Assembly: GCA_049663345.1 (NCBI GenBank)
Contig: JBATDG010000075.1
Coordinates: 11,793 to 75,792 of the forward strand
Direction: 5' to 3'
Length of the DNA stretch: 64,000 nt
DNA from: Bacteroidota bacterium
Lineage (GTDB): Bacteria; Bacteroidota; Ignavibacteria; SZUA-365
The translations under genes were made by a program, and so were the position numbers. Below, piece by piece: positions 28,032 through 38,060 of the stretch (position 1 is the stretch's first letter; each line of letters starts with the position of its first letter). The notes beneath the pieces are model-generated. The model had not been told where the DNA came from. It worked only from the letters and a program-made list of their open reading frames with translations, and made no database searches.

Positions 28032-29770
28032 TGATTTCCCTCCGGCGTTTGCAGCTGTGCCTGACGCAGCTCGGTTGTCGGCGTTTGCTGCAGATCGCGA
28101 ACAAGCTTCGCGAGATCGGTGTAGCGGCGATCGTTCTCGCGCTGCAACTGAGTGAGACGATCCTCATTTACTGCTTGCTGGGCGGCGAGCTGTGTACGGT
28201 ACTCGGCGACCTGATCGCGCAGGTCAGTGATTTGTCCTTTCAGATCCGCATTGGATTCGCGTTCGGTCTTCAATTGTACGTTCAATTCCTGCACGGCATT
28301 GACCATGGCCACATTGATCGCATGCATGTTGAATTCCAGGTAGCCGTCTGTCCCTTCAGAGACGCATTCCGGGAAGACCGTCTGCACTTCCTGTGCGACG
28401 AAGCCGATTTCCTGTGTGGTGTAAGGAAGCCTGCGAGGGTTGTCCTTCTTATAGTGAAAACGGATGCTGCGGAGTTGGATAATATCCGACAATCCCTTCG
28501 CGTAGCTGCCATCGACGTTTTTCAGACGGGCGTCCGAGGAGTTGGTCCATGACCCGCCGCCCGGCTTGTAGGCCTGCCCGGTGATCTCCAGATTTCCATT
28601 TCGCGCTACGGAAAACACTTCGGTGGTAGAACTGCTGCCGGATGCAGCGGTAATGATCTTGGCTGTCGAGGAAACGCTTGTGTTGTATGCCCGAATTGTC
28701 GGGTTCGAACTGCCCGAAGAATTCGCCTCGACGGCATTGCCGTTGTTCGCCGTAACGACCAGGGCGTCGCTGGAATTGCTGATGCTGGAAGTGACGGCAC
28801 GAATGCAATCCTTGGTAGAGCTGGTATTGTCAATATGGAAATATGCGGCATCATCGCTGCCAACTTCCTGTATCTCCAGTCCTGCAGTGGGGGTGGCAGT
28901 ACCGATACCGACATTCCCGTTTTTGAGCACCGTCATTGCATTCACTCGAGCGCTACTACTTGTTCCAATGCCGATTTCAAATATCGGCTCAGTGCCCACC
29001 CAGCTTCCGGCTGTACCGCCGCCGACATTGTACTGACCGAGTGCGAAGCATGAGTGGGATTCCGCGCGAGCGTGATTTCCGGTGGCGGTTGAACCTACGC
29101 CACTGGCGAGCGCAGATAGTCCCATAGCATTAGAACCTGCCCCAGAGGCGACAGAATATTCTCCAACTGCGAACGTGTAGTATCCGCTGGCTTTTGTATC
29201 TCTTCCCATCGCGACAGAATTGAGGCCAATGTAGGCATCATCCCATTCCCAATATTCGATGGAGCCAGCTCTAAACGCTGCCTTCCCAGGGTAGAACATC
29301 ATACGCGTGCCGTTCCCCGAGGCCGGGATGGTAGGGGAACCAGGGAGGCCTCCCTCCACAACAAACCCGCCGTTGCCCTGTACCACAACCGCGCCTGCGT
29401 CGGCGGTGATCGTGCGACCGGCTCCCGCGCCTCCCTGATCGTATGCCTGATCAAGGGTCACTCCTCCTGTTGAGGGAGTTGTCCATGTCGCCAGCCCGTT
29501 CGCATCGGAAGTAAGCACCTTCCCGAGTCCGGGCGTACCACCGCTCATCTTCAGTTGGCCGTTCACATCCAGCACTGTACTCGGGGTAACTGTTCCTATG
29601 CCGACTTTCCCGTCCCCGCGTATGGTGAAGATCGGCGTCCCCGCAGCGGTCTTCACAGTAAAGCCCTGTGCTGCGCTGCTGCCGGAGAGAGTGGATTCAA
29701 TGTCCTGCGAAAGGGTCTGAACCGTGGTTAACAGACTGAGGATGAAAACGAACAATGTATTTCGCATCAT
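28028..29770 (-). CDS. secreted tail-fibre-like protein with C-terminal peptidase S74 / intramolecular chaperone domain and coiled-coil tail
   Basis: Signal peptide MMRNTLFVFILSLLTTVQTLSQ. Gly/Ser/Thr/Asn-rich beta-rich body. SDARLKNV...LRSIRFHYKK...GFVAQEVQTVFPE matches the SD-R-LK motif of the endosialidase/tail-spike autoproteolytic chaperone domain. C-terminal ~80 aa are coiled coil. Confidence 0.65.
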   Translation of the reverse strand: MMRNTLFVFILSLLTTVQTLSQDIESTLSGSSAAQGFTVKTAAGTPIFTIRGDGKVGIGTVTPSTVLDVNGQLKMSGGTPGLGKVLTSDANGLATWTTPSTGGVTLDQAYDQGGAGAGRTITADAGAVVVQGNGGFVVEGGLPGSPTIPASGNGTRMMFYPGKAAFRAGSIEYWEWDDAYIGLNSVAMGRDTKASGYYTFAVGEYSVASGAGSNAMGLSALASGVGSTATGNHARAESHSCFALGQYNVGGGTAGSWVGTEPIFEIGIGTSSSARVNAMTVLKNGNVGIGTATPTAGLEIQEVGSDDAAYFHIDNTSSTKDCIRAVTSSISNSSDALVVTANNGNAVEANSSGSSNPTIRAYNTSVSSTAKIITAASGSSSTTEVFSVARNGNLEITGQAYKPGGGSWTNSSDARLKNVDGSYAKGLSDIIQLRSIRFHYKKDNPRRLPYTTQEIGFVAQEVQTVFPECVSEGTDGYLEFNMHAINVAMVNAVQELNVQLKTERESNADLKGQITDLRDQVAEYRTQLAAQQAVNEDRLTQLQRENDRRYTDLAKLVRDLQQTPTTELRQAQLQTPEGNH

Positions 29771-30067
29771 AGCCGATCTCCATGAAATGATGACAAGACG
29801 GATAAAGTATGGGGTAATTATGATATAGGATAAAATATTGCGCGGGAGATACTAAGTCAAATCCGGTCAGGTTGTTCAGGGAGCTGCGTAATTGCAGTAC
29901 AAGGAAGGAAGCACTGGCCACATCGCATTGATTCATACCCCGTCTCAGGATTGCGCTCGCTCGGATGGAAGTGGTCAGTTACGCACACGGGATACTCCAC
30001 GCCCCGGAGATCTGTGCGCCAGCATCGGTTTCATTTCCCTGATCCTTGCAATCTGGCGTCGTCGAGG

Positions 30068-30118
30068 CATCACATTACGCACAACGCCCGGTCCCTCACG
30101 TGGAGAACGGGCGCTGTG
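30068..30118. repeat. REP-like hairpin (copy 3, inverted orientation) downstream of lipoprotein paralog 1
   Basis: cacaacgcccggtccctcacgtggagaacgggcgctgtgcgtt is the reverse complement of the family AACGCACAGCGCCCGTTC... Confidence 0.65.
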
Positions 30119-30153
30119 CGTTATGTGCGCAATCGTTTTTGAGAATGCAGCTG

Positions 30154-31155
30154 CTATTGGTTATCCTGAATACAACGAACGGACAACCCCATCCATTTAG
30201 GAAGTTGGTTTTGGTAGGTGTTAGCGTAATAACTGACTACCATTCGCATCCATCCCCTGGTATTGTCGTATTCGGATTCCGTCGAAGCCCACCAGGTGCC
30301 AGCGCTGCGGTAGCCATACATATTGCCGTCGGTTCCTATGTAGCCGCCCGGGAGCGCGGTGAACCCGGTTGAATTTGTCGCTCCGAGATTCGGGCTTCCC
30401 CAGAGACTTGTCCCCTGCTCTTTCAGTTTTCCACCTTCATCGGTACCGAAGTATGCATAGCCGTATCCGTCTGCAGCGGTCGGCGACATGCCGAGGAAAA
30501 TAAAGAGCTGTTTCCATTCGGGATTGCTTGCAACATGCCAGCCATCAGGCGCCAATCCTCGCGTATCGTTGACCGCGTACCAGTTGTACAGCTTTCCATA
30601 AATGGTGCCCAGAACGGGGTCATTGTTTGGGTACCGCCATGCGCCCGTTGATAAATTTGCCCACGTAGTCGGATCCGTCACCTGCGGAATCTGATCGTTG
30701 TTACGGTAATGGTCAACGTTGAGATTGGCGCCAGCCCATACCTGCGTTCCGATCGTCACTGGAGTGCAGGGTGACAGTGTGAAGTTCACCGCGTTGCTGG
30801 ACTTATTCTTCAGCTTTACGGTCACTGTGCCCGCACCGGCTGCGGCACCTGAAGGCACAAGTACGGTGATCACAGTATTCGACCAGCTGATATATACGGA
30901 AGCAGTGATCCCCTTGATGATCACGCTGCTGGTTGAAAGTTTTGAAGTCCCAAACCCTGTACCGGTGATGGTCAGTACATCACCAATTTCTGCCGCCGTA
31001 GGAGCAATTGAGGAGATGTCAGCCCGGCTGGCGGCCGCAGCTTTCATCAATCCATCACCCTCAGCGTCAGGTCCGCTCACTTGCTCCTGCTCACTGCAGG
31101 AGATGAGTGCCACGGCAAATACTAATGCCATCAGTAGTCGAAAAGAATTCTTCAC
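30154..31155 (-). CDS. lipoprotein with IPT/TIG domain and Fibrobacter succinogenes major paralogous (Fib_succ_major) domain, paralog 1
   Basis: Proposed GTG start at 31155 behind GGAGGA gives the signal peptide MKNSFRLLMALVFAVALISC (lipobox). TIG domain (VLTITGTGFGT...VTVKL). C-terminal motifs TIGTQVWAGANL, LYNWYAV, GWHVAS, SVRC characteristic of TIGR02145. ORF-track start 31221 is probably too far upstream. Confidence 0.65.
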   Translation of the reverse strand: MKNSFRLLMALVFAVALISCSEQEQVSGPDAEGDGLMKAAAASRADISSIAPTAAEIGDVLTITGTGFGTSKLSTSSVIIKGITASVYISWSNTVITVLVPSGAAAGAGTVTVKLKNKSSNAVNFTLSPCTPVTIGTQVWAGANLNVDHYRNNDQIPQVTDPTTWANLSTGAWRYPNNDPVLGTIYGKLYNWYAVNDTRGLAPDGWHVASNPEWKQLFIFLGMSPTAADGYGYAYFGTDEGGKLKEQGTSLWGSPNLGATNSTGFTALPGGYIGTDGNMYGYRSAGTWWASTESEYDNTRGWMRMVVSYYANTYQNQLPKWMGLSVRCIQDNQ

Positions 31156-31510
31156 GATGTCCTCCGGTGTTTGTATAGGATAGGAAGCGTTTGAATCAGA
31201 CAGTTTGATTGAAGGATTCAATACTTCGGGTGCTGCATGGTGGCGGCGACGTCAAGGAACAACGCAGTGGCATAGTGTGCGTCCGGGGTCGGGGATGAAT
31301 TCCTGCCAGCTTTTCTGCGTTCACACAGGGGAGGCAGGTGTAAGGGCCTGGAAAGCGTTTGTTGATTGATGCTGACCCTTGTGAGTACCTACGTCAAACA
31401 TCATCTGCAGAAATAACGGCGTTGTTTAGCCGAATAAATATAAATGCAGGGAATGAGCCAGTGCTCTGCAGCGTGCAGAGAGCCAGAAAGCTCCTTCGAG
31501 CTGAATTGCT

Positions 31511-31557
31511 CAAACGCACAGCGCCCGTTCCCTCACGTGGGGAACGGGCGCTGTCGT
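31511..31557. repeat. REP-like hairpin (copy 4) downstream of lipoprotein paralog 2
   Basis: caaacgcacagcgcccgttccctcacgtggggaacgggcgctgtcgtg. Confidence 0.7.
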
Positions 31558-31588
31558 GAATTTTATTCAGCATGGCGGCAGGGGAGAA

Positions 31589-32581
31589 TTACTGATTCTG
31601 CACACAGCGGACAGACATACCTCTTTCTTTGCCGATAGCCATTCTCAGAATTTGGGAACTGGCGTAGTGAACACCCCGATACCAGGCTGCACCCCCGGAA
31701 ACATCATCTGTTGAAGTCCACCAGCCAGCATAGCTTCCAACGAAGTCGAAGATAGCACCAACTTTTCGAATCCCTCCTGGGAGCGCTGTAAAACCGGACG
31801 AATTCGTTGCACTTGCGTACGCCCATTGCCAGAGGCTCGTCCCCATCTCTTTCAGTTTGCTTCCTTCCGTCGTTCCAAAGTAACCTCCAGACATATCCGC
31901 CTCCGCTTGCGACATTCCCAGGTAAATGGAAAGCGCCTTATAGTCATTGTCCGAGGCAACGTGCCAGCCGGTAGGTGCGAGACCACGCCCATCATTGACC
32001 GCATACCAGTTATACAATCGCCCGTACAGCGGTTCCGTCGAAGCGTCATTGTTGTAATAACACCACGCGCCTGTAGTAAGACTGCCCCAGACCGTCGGGT
32101 CTGTCACTTCGGGAATATCGTCGCCATTGAGGTATTTGGTGACGCTCAGATTCGCGCCCATCCATATTTGTGTCCCGATTGTGACGGGCGTGGATTCGAG
32201 CACTGTGAAACTGACGGCATTGCTGGCGCTGGTTCCGGCGTTCACGATCAGCTGGCCGGAAGTGTTCGGGATCCCTCCCGAGGGCACGATCACCTCAATC
32301 GCATTTGGTTTCCAACTCGGGTATACGGTTGCCTGAATGCCATTGATCGTGACATAGTAGCTCGATCCTTTTTTTGTGCCAAACGAATTCCCTGTGATGG
32401 TGATCAGATCTCCGATTTCTGCGGCGTTCGAGGAGATACTCGTGATGGCAGGACTAGATGCACCCTTTTGCAGTATGGTTGACTGATTGGCGTCCGGATC
32501 CGTGGGTGCATTCTGCTCACTGCATGAGATAAGCGCTACGGCAAATACCAATGCCGTCAGTAGTCGAAAATAATTCTTCAC
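31589..32581 (-). CDS. lipoprotein with IPT/TIG domain and Fib_succ_major domain, paralog 2
   Basis: Same architecture as 30154-31155. Conserved GTG start context (ggaggatatcGTG) gives MKNYFRLLTALVFAVALISC, and no in-frame ATG is conserved. ORF-track start 32698 is probably too far upstream. Confidence 0.65.
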   Translation of the reverse strand: MKNYFRLLTALVFAVALISCSEQNAPTDPDANQSTILQKGASSPAITSISSNAAEIGDLITITGNSFGTKKGSSYYVTINGIQATVYPSWKPNAIEVIVPSGGIPNTSGQLIVNAGTSASNAVSFTVLESTPVTIGTQIWMGANLSVTKYLNGDDIPEVTDPTVWGSLTTGAWCYYNNDASTEPLYGRLYNWYAVNDGRGLAPTGWHVASDNDYKALSIYLGMSQAEADMSGGYFGTTEGSKLKEMGTSLWQWAYASATNSSGFTALPGGIRKVGAIFDFVGSYAGWWTSTDDVSGGAAWYRGVHYASSQILRMAIGKERGMSVRCVQNQ

Positions 32582-32913
32582 GATATCCTCCGTGATTGTA
32601 TGGAACAGGAGGCAATTGAACCAGGTCGTTGGTCCGCTTGATTCAATGCTGTTGATGGTTCGATGGTAACTCCTGAGAATACCAACGCCGATCATCAACT
32701 GCAGAAAAAAAAGTGTTGTGTAGCCGAAAAACCTTAAATAAAGTCAGGTGGGACGCAATTATTGACAATAATTCGGATTTGTAACGCTGATATTACTGCA
32801 GATCAGCTCCGGTGGAGGTACTCCTTCAATATGAGTCATCCACATACGTCACGGCTGCCCTGCTGATTTTTGCGGGCGCTGCGGGATTTATGAACACATT
32901 CAAGGAGCACCCT

Positions 32914-34968
32914 ATGAAAACGAAGTACCGTGTTCTGCTGATTTTCGCGCTGATAGCAACTGTCAGTCAGGCGCAAGCGCAATGGGAAACATGCAATGAG
33001 GGATTGTCAAAAGCGAAAATCGTCTATAAAATCGCTCTTGATGGAACGAATATCTTTGTCAGCTCGCCCGACGGACTCTTCCTCTCCTCCGATCGCGGAG
33101 ACAACTGGGAGAAGAGGACCTCAGGACTTACCAATGATTCGGTTGTGGCGATGGTCGTCAATGGCGGCACCATGCTGGCAGGGACGAGAAGCGGCGTCTG
33201 TTCTTCATCAGACAAAGGTGTAACCTGGACCGAATCGAATTCAGGCCTGGAACCGAATGTTGTCCGCTGCTTTGCCATAGACGGAAATAATATCTTTGCC
33301 GGAACACTAAAGGGGGGCTTGTTCGTCTCAACGGATAATGGTGCGAGCTGGACCGCAAAAAACACCGGTCTGACAAACATGAATGTGACGTCAATCGCTT
33401 TCATCGGAAATAATATTTACGCGGGTACATCTGCGGGCGTGTTTCTGTCCACGGACAACGGCGAAAATTGGGAAACCCGGAATGAGGGACTGTCGAACTG
33501 GAATGTGAACCGCATTCTCGTCGACGGAACAAAACTCTACGTCGGTACCTCCGGGAGCGGAGTGTTTCTCTCTACGGACAATGGCGACCACTGGGTCCAG
33601 AAAAAATCGGGTTTTGAGAACCCCACAGTCTATGCTCTCGCCGCCTGTGAAGGCAAGCTGTTTGCCGGGACTCTGCAGGGTGGATTTTTTCTGTCTGATG
33701 ACAACGCAGAGAACTGGATACCGAAGTCGAAAGGGCTGCTCATCAACGTTGTCAATGATATTGGTATCTGCGGCGGAGATATCTTTGCCTGCACCGACGG
33801 TGGTGTGTATCTGTCCACGGACTTCGGTGAGAATTGGGTCAGAAAGAACAATAATCTCCCCGAAATTGTCCCAACCCTCTTTTCACTCACGGCCTGCGGA
33901 GATACACTTCTGCTCGGCGCGACAGGCGTGTTTATGTCGACCGACGGCGGGGACAGTTGGATCAACCGCAGTACGGGAATGTCAGGATCACAGTTCAGGG
34001 GTATGGCCGTCAGCGGAAATCGTATTTTTGCGGGGGCATGGACGACAGGCATCTTTGTATCAACGAATAGCGGTATAGACTGGGTTCAGAAAAAATCCGG
34101 AATGACAAATACGAATATCATGAGCATTGTTGTCGACGGCGATAAAATATATGCAGGCACGTGGGGCGGTGTCTATCTGTCAACTGATAACGGCGAGAGC
34201 TGGACGGAAAAGAATTCCGGACTCGCGGAAATACGAATCTATAGATTGCTAGTGGTCGGCAACAGGCTGTTCGCCGCCACCCGTGGTGGTGGAGTGTATG
34301 TTTCAACCGATAGCGGAGACACCTGGATTGAAAAAAATACAGGATTGATGAATCCCCTGGTGTATTCTCTGGCCATGAACGGGAACATGCTTCTTGCCGG
34401 GACGCTGAGCAGTGGAGTGTTTACATCGACGGACTTCGGCGAAACCTGGAACGAAAGCATGCCCGGAATGACAGGTGTGTATATCAATGGGATGGCGATT
34501 CGCGGCAATTATATTTTCGCGGCGACATTCGACGGGGTGCTCCTTTCGGTGGATAACTGCGAAAGCTGGCAGTCGCTGAATACAGGACTAAGGAGTTCCA
34601 CAGTCGAGTCTATAGCTGCATGCGGCGATAATATTTTCGTCTCCTCGCCGGCGGGCGTTTCCCGCATACGAATCGACGATATTACAGCGGTTGAATCGAA
34701 TTCAACGCCAGCCGATTTCCAGATCACACTGTCGCCCAATCCCGTTTCCGATGTAGTCACCGTAACATCCCAGGGCCCCGATTTCACGAACCGGAGCATA
34801 TCAATCTACAATTCCCTCGGAGTGGAGATGATGCGGTATTCAGGAATGGATCTCTCCGGTCGCAGGCAGGTGAGTCTCTCTACCAGCGGGTTTCCTCCGG
34901 CAGCGTATTACGTCGTGATCACTTCCGGCAAGCAGATCAGTACAGCTGGATTTGTGATCGTGCGATAA
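32914..34968 (+). CDS. secreted BNR/sortilin-like repeat (YCF48/xyloglucanase-like beta-propeller) protein with T9SS C-terminal sorting domain
   Basis: Signal peptide MKTKYRVLLIFALIATVSQAQA after aaggag. About 13 repeats of S-[ST]-D-x-G-x-[NS]-W (STDNGENW, STDNGDHW, STDFGETW). C-terminal ...ISIYNSLGVEMMRY...YYVVITSGKQISTAGFVIVR is T9SS-sorting-domain-like. Confidence 0.7.
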   Translation: MKTKYRVLLIFALIATVSQAQAQWETCNEGLSKAKIVYKIALDGTNIFVSSPDGLFLSSDRGDNWEKRTSGLTNDSVVAMVVNGGTMLAGTRSGVCSSSDKGVTWTESNSGLEPNVVRCFAIDGNNIFAGTLKGGLFVSTDNGASWTAKNTGLTNMNVTSIAFIGNNIYAGTSAGVFLSTDNGENWETRNEGLSNWNVNRILVDGTKLYVGTSGSGVFLSTDNGDHWVQKKSGFENPTVYALAACEGKLFAGTLQGGFFLSDDNAENWIPKSKGLLINVVNDIGICGGDIFACTDGGVYLSTDFGENWVRKNNNLPEIVPTLFSLTACGDTLLLGATGVFMSTDGGDSWINRSTGMSGSQFRGMAVSGNRIFAGAWTTGIFVSTNSGIDWVQKKSGMTNTNIMSIVVDGDKIYAGTWGGVYLSTDNGESWTEKNSGLAEIRIYRLLVVGNRLFAATRGGGVYVSTDSGDTWIEKNTGLMNPLVYSLAMNGNMLLAGTLSSGVFTSTDFGETWNESMPGMTGVYINGMAIRGNYIFAATFDGVLLSVDNCESWQSLNTGLRSSTVESIAACGDNIFVSSPAGVSRIRIDDITAVESNSTPADFQITLSPNPVSDVVTVTSQGPDFTNRSISIYNSLGVEMMRYSGMDLSGRRQVSLSTSGFPPAAYYVVITSGKQISTAGFVIVR

Positions 34969-35081
34969 AGTAAAAGTGAGTTCCGAAGCCTGTCGGTGCA
35001 GCGAAAAGCATTCGTGCAAATCTGCAGAATCTCAAAGCTGACGAGGTAGCCCGGCTACTATTCGCGTTTTGCGAAGGGAGC

Positions 35082-35109
35082 GGTCATTGGCCGCTCTCAC
35101 TTTTTTAAG
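35082..35109 (+). terminator. candidate rho-independent terminator (gagcgg-tcattgg-ccgctc + ACTTTTTTAAG)
   Basis: 6-bp GC stem, 7-nt loop and a T6 run ~115 nt downstream of the BNR-protein stop. Confidence 0.45.
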
Positions 35110-35317
35110 ACCCTGGAAAGCCGCGAAGCAGAGCCAGTGCTCAATAGGGCGATAGCGGATGAAAATACTGATAGGCACTGTGACGCTCTTTTTCGCATAT
35201 TTAGGAATATCACCTTTTGATGGAATGAGTATGCAATTGTACCCCGGTTTTCTCGTGATAAATTATCCTCAACCTCTCTGCAGTGACCTGCGAAAAAAAG
35301 ATGCTGCGACGATATCC

Positions 35318-35965
35318 ATGTCCATCGGCCTGGCTTTCGCGCTTCTTCTCCTTCTCAATTCCATGGGCGCGGCCTTCGCCCAAATCCCGGTATCGCCGAA
35401 TAAGCTCGACAGCAAGGGCGAGCGGGTGGGAACGTGGACGATCCTTTTCGATAAGGACATGAAGACTATTGAGAATCCCGACTCCGCTGCCTTTTATTCC
35501 GTCATGACATTCAAGGGCGGGAAGATCGTCGGGACTTCACGGAGCTTTTTCCGCAGCGGGAAGAAGATGTCAGAAATCAGCTACGAGAACGGTCTCGTCG
35601 TTGGGACCGTCGTCGGATGGTATGAATCCGGTGGAAAGGAATTCGAGACGCCGTATAAAAACGGCCTCCCGGACGGAAAGGAAACAATCTGGTTCCCTTC
35701 CGGCAAGAAGAGGACCGAGGTGAACTACAAGCAAGGCAGGGAAGAGGGCGTGCAGACGGAATGGTACCCGGGCGGGTCAAAGAAATCTGAAATCTCTTAC
35801 AAAAAGGGAGTAATCGACGGCAAGGCGGTCCGCTGGTACGAATCCGGCGCCCTGCAGACGGAAATGTCGTACAAGGCCGGCAAGCTGCATGGGAAGCGCA
35901 TCGACTGGCTTGAAAACGGAGAGATAAAATCGGAAACACGCTACGAAAACGGAAAGAAGCTTTGA
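35318..35965 (+). CDS. MORN-repeat-variant protein (YwqK-like), secreted
   Basis: Signal peptide MSIGLAFALLLLLNSMGAAFAQ. About 7 degenerate repeats of the type W(Y/F)xxGxKxxExxYKNGxxxG. Start moved from 35159 to ATG 35318. Confidence 0.6.
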   Translation: MSIGLAFALLLLLNSMGAAFAQIPVSPNKLDSKGERVGTWTILFDKDMKTIENPDSAAFYSVMTFKGGKIVGTSRSFFRSGKKMSEISYENGLVVGTVVGWYESGGKEFETPYKNGLPDGKETIWFPSGKKRTEVNYKQGREEGVQTEWYPGGSKKSEISYKKGVIDGKAVRWYESGALQTEMSYKAGKLHGKRIDWLENGEIKSETRYENGKKL

Positions 35966-35971
35966 GGCATC

Positions 35972-38056
35972 ATGAAAACGCATCACCTGCATCTTGTCGC
36001 ATTGCTGTTATACATGCCTTCACTGATGGCACTCGGTCAAAATGGAGAGGATCCCAATATGTGGCTTGAGGAAGTGAATTCCGGGCGTTCGCTCGAATGG
36101 GTGAAGGCGCAGAACAGCGCCACGACCGCGGTGCTCGAACAGCATCCGGAATTCTGGAAGTTGAATAAAAAAATCCTGGACATCCTTGATTCGAAAGAAC
36201 GCATCGCCTACCCATCGATCAGGGGAAAGTATATATATAATTTCTGGCAGGATGCACAGAACCCCCGGGGCCTCTGGCGGCGCGTTCCGGTTGAAGGATA
36301 TTTTGAGAAATCGCCCGCATGGGAGACCGTGCTCGATGTCGATGCGCTCTGTGCAGCAGAAGGGGAAATCTGGTCCTTCTCCGGAGCGGAATACCTCCGG
36401 CCGGATTTCGATCGCTGTCTGCTCATGCTCTCAAGGGGAGGCAGCGATGCGGTAGTTATCCGTGAATTCGATCTGCAGACAAAGAGCTTCGTGGAGGACG
36501 GATTCTACCTGCCCGAAGCGAAAAGCAGCGCGGCGTGGATGGACCGCAACACCGTACTCATCTCAAGCAGTCTCGGCGAAGGAATGGCGACCAGCTCCGG
36601 TTATGCCCGGCAGACGAAGCTCTGGAAGCGCGGTACTCCGCCCAGCGCCGCGGCGATATTCTTCGGCGGTGAAGAAACCGATGTTGCCGTGACCGGAGTC
36701 GTGGATAACACACCGGAGCGGCAGTATATCATGGCCTACCGCGCCATCACATTTTTTACTTCTTCCGTGCATGTGCTCGAAGGGAAGGATTTCTATAAGC
36801 TTGATATTCCGGAGGACGCACAATTCCAGGGCTTCTTCAAAGGCCAGATGCTGGTGGAACTGAAATCAGAGTGGACCGTCGGCGTAATTTCATATCCTCA
36901 AGGTGCTCTATTAGGCATCGATTATGAGAAGTTCCGCGCCGGAGACCGCGAATTCACCATGCTGTTCGTTCCGGATGACCGATCAAGCCTCGCATCCGTC
37001 TCTACGACGAAGAATCTGCTGCTGCTCGCTGTTCTCAACAACGTCAAGAGCGAACTGTGGCAGGCAAGATTTGAAAACGGAACCTGGAAGTTTGATGGCG
37101 TGCAGGTACCGGACAACGGCACGATCACCATCATGGCGCTCGATGAATATTCGGACCAGTACTTCTTCAGTTTCGAAAACTTCCTTCAACCGAGGACACT
37201 CTATTACGTCTCGGATACCGATCAGCGGGTATCTGAGGTCCGCAGCATGCCTCGATATTTCAACAGCGATGGCATGAAGGTGTGGCAGTACGAAGCCGTT
37301 TCCGCTGATGGCGAGCGCATTCCGTATTTCGTCGTCGGCCGTGAGAATATGCCGCTCGATGGATCGAACCCAACGAAACTCATGGCCTACGGTGGTTTCG
37401 AGGTTTCCATGCAGCCGAATTACAGTGCCGTCACCGGTGCGACATGGCTGGATTATGGCGGCGTCTACGTCGTTGCGAATATTCGCGGGGGCGGGGAGTT
37501 CGGTCCCCGGTGGCATCAGGCAGCACTGAAGGAAAAGCGGCAGGTTGCCTTTAACGACCTGTTCGCAGTCTCGGAGGATCTGATCCGCCGCGGTATTACC
37601 TCCAGCAGGCATCTCGGCATCATTGGCGGCAGCAACGGCGGACTGCTCGTCGGCGTGGCATTCACGCAGCGTCCGGAATTGTATAATGCGGTGGTGTGCG
37701 CCGTTCCGCTGCTCGACATGCAGCGATATAATAAACTCCTTGCTGGTGCAAGTTGGATGGCCGAATACGGCGATCCTGACATCCCGGAGCAATGGGATTA
37801 TATAAAAAAATACTCGCCGTACCATAATCTGCATGCTGAAAAACAATACCCTGCGGTACTGTTCACCACAACCACGCATGATGATCGCGTTCATCCCGCC
37901 CATGCCCGCAAGATGGCGGCGAAAATGAAAGAACAGGGCCACCCGTTTTTCTATTTCGAAAACACAGAAGGCGGACATGGCTCCGGCGTCACAAGCGAGC
38001 AGCGCGCCTACATGCAAAGCATCGAAGCCGCGTACATGCTGAAAATGCTTTTTTGA
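35972..38056 (+). CDS. prolyl oligopeptidase family serine peptidase (S9)
   Basis: Signal peptide, N-terminal beta-propeller region, C-terminal alpha/beta hydrolase domain with nucleophile elbow GGSNGG and catalytic Asp/His (THDDRVHP). 694 aa. Confidence 0.85.
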   Translation: MKTHHLHLVALLLYMPSLMALGQNGEDPNMWLEEVNSGRSLEWVKAQNSATTAVLEQHPEFWKLNKKILDILDSKERIAYPSIRGKYIYNFWQDAQNPRGLWRRVPVEGYFEKSPAWETVLDVDALCAAEGEIWSFSGAEYLRPDFDRCLLMLSRGGSDAVVIREFDLQTKSFVEDGFYLPEAKSSAAWMDRNTVLISSSLGEGMATSSGYARQTKLWKRGTPPSAAAIFFGGEETDVAVTGVVDNTPERQYIMAYRAITFFTSSVHVLEGKDFYKLDIPEDAQFQGFFKGQMLVELKSEWTVGVISYPQGALLGIDYEKFRAGDREFTMLFVPDDRSSLASVSTTKNLLLLAVLNNVKSELWQARFENGTWKFDGVQVPDNGTITIMALDEYSDQYFFSFENFLQPRTLYYVSDTDQRVSEVRSMPRYFNSDGMKVWQYEAVSADGERIPYFVVGRENMPLDGSNPTKLMAYGGFEVSMQPNYSAVTGATWLDYGGVYVVANIRGGGEFGPRWHQAALKEKRQVAFNDLFAVSEDLIRRGITSSRHLGIIGGSNGGLLVGVAFTQRPELYNAVVCAVPLLDMQRYNKLLAGASWMAEYGDPDIPEQWDYIKKYSPYHNLHAEKQYPAVLFTTTTHDDRVHPAHARKMAAKMKEQGHPFFYFENTEGGHGSGVTSEQRAYMQSIEAAYMLKMLF

Positions 38057-38060
38057 AAAC

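Noticed and set aside
28028-29770. Prophage or contractile-injection-system interpretation of the tail-fibre-like gene (and of the AAA+ ATPase at 51128-53437 as an Afp15-like eCIS ATPase)
   Set aside because: No sheath, tube, baseplate, capsid, terminase or integrase genes occur anywhere in the window. The two genes are 21 kb apart and embedded among ordinary secreted-protein genes. Their N-terminal Sec signal peptides fit cell-surface export instead.
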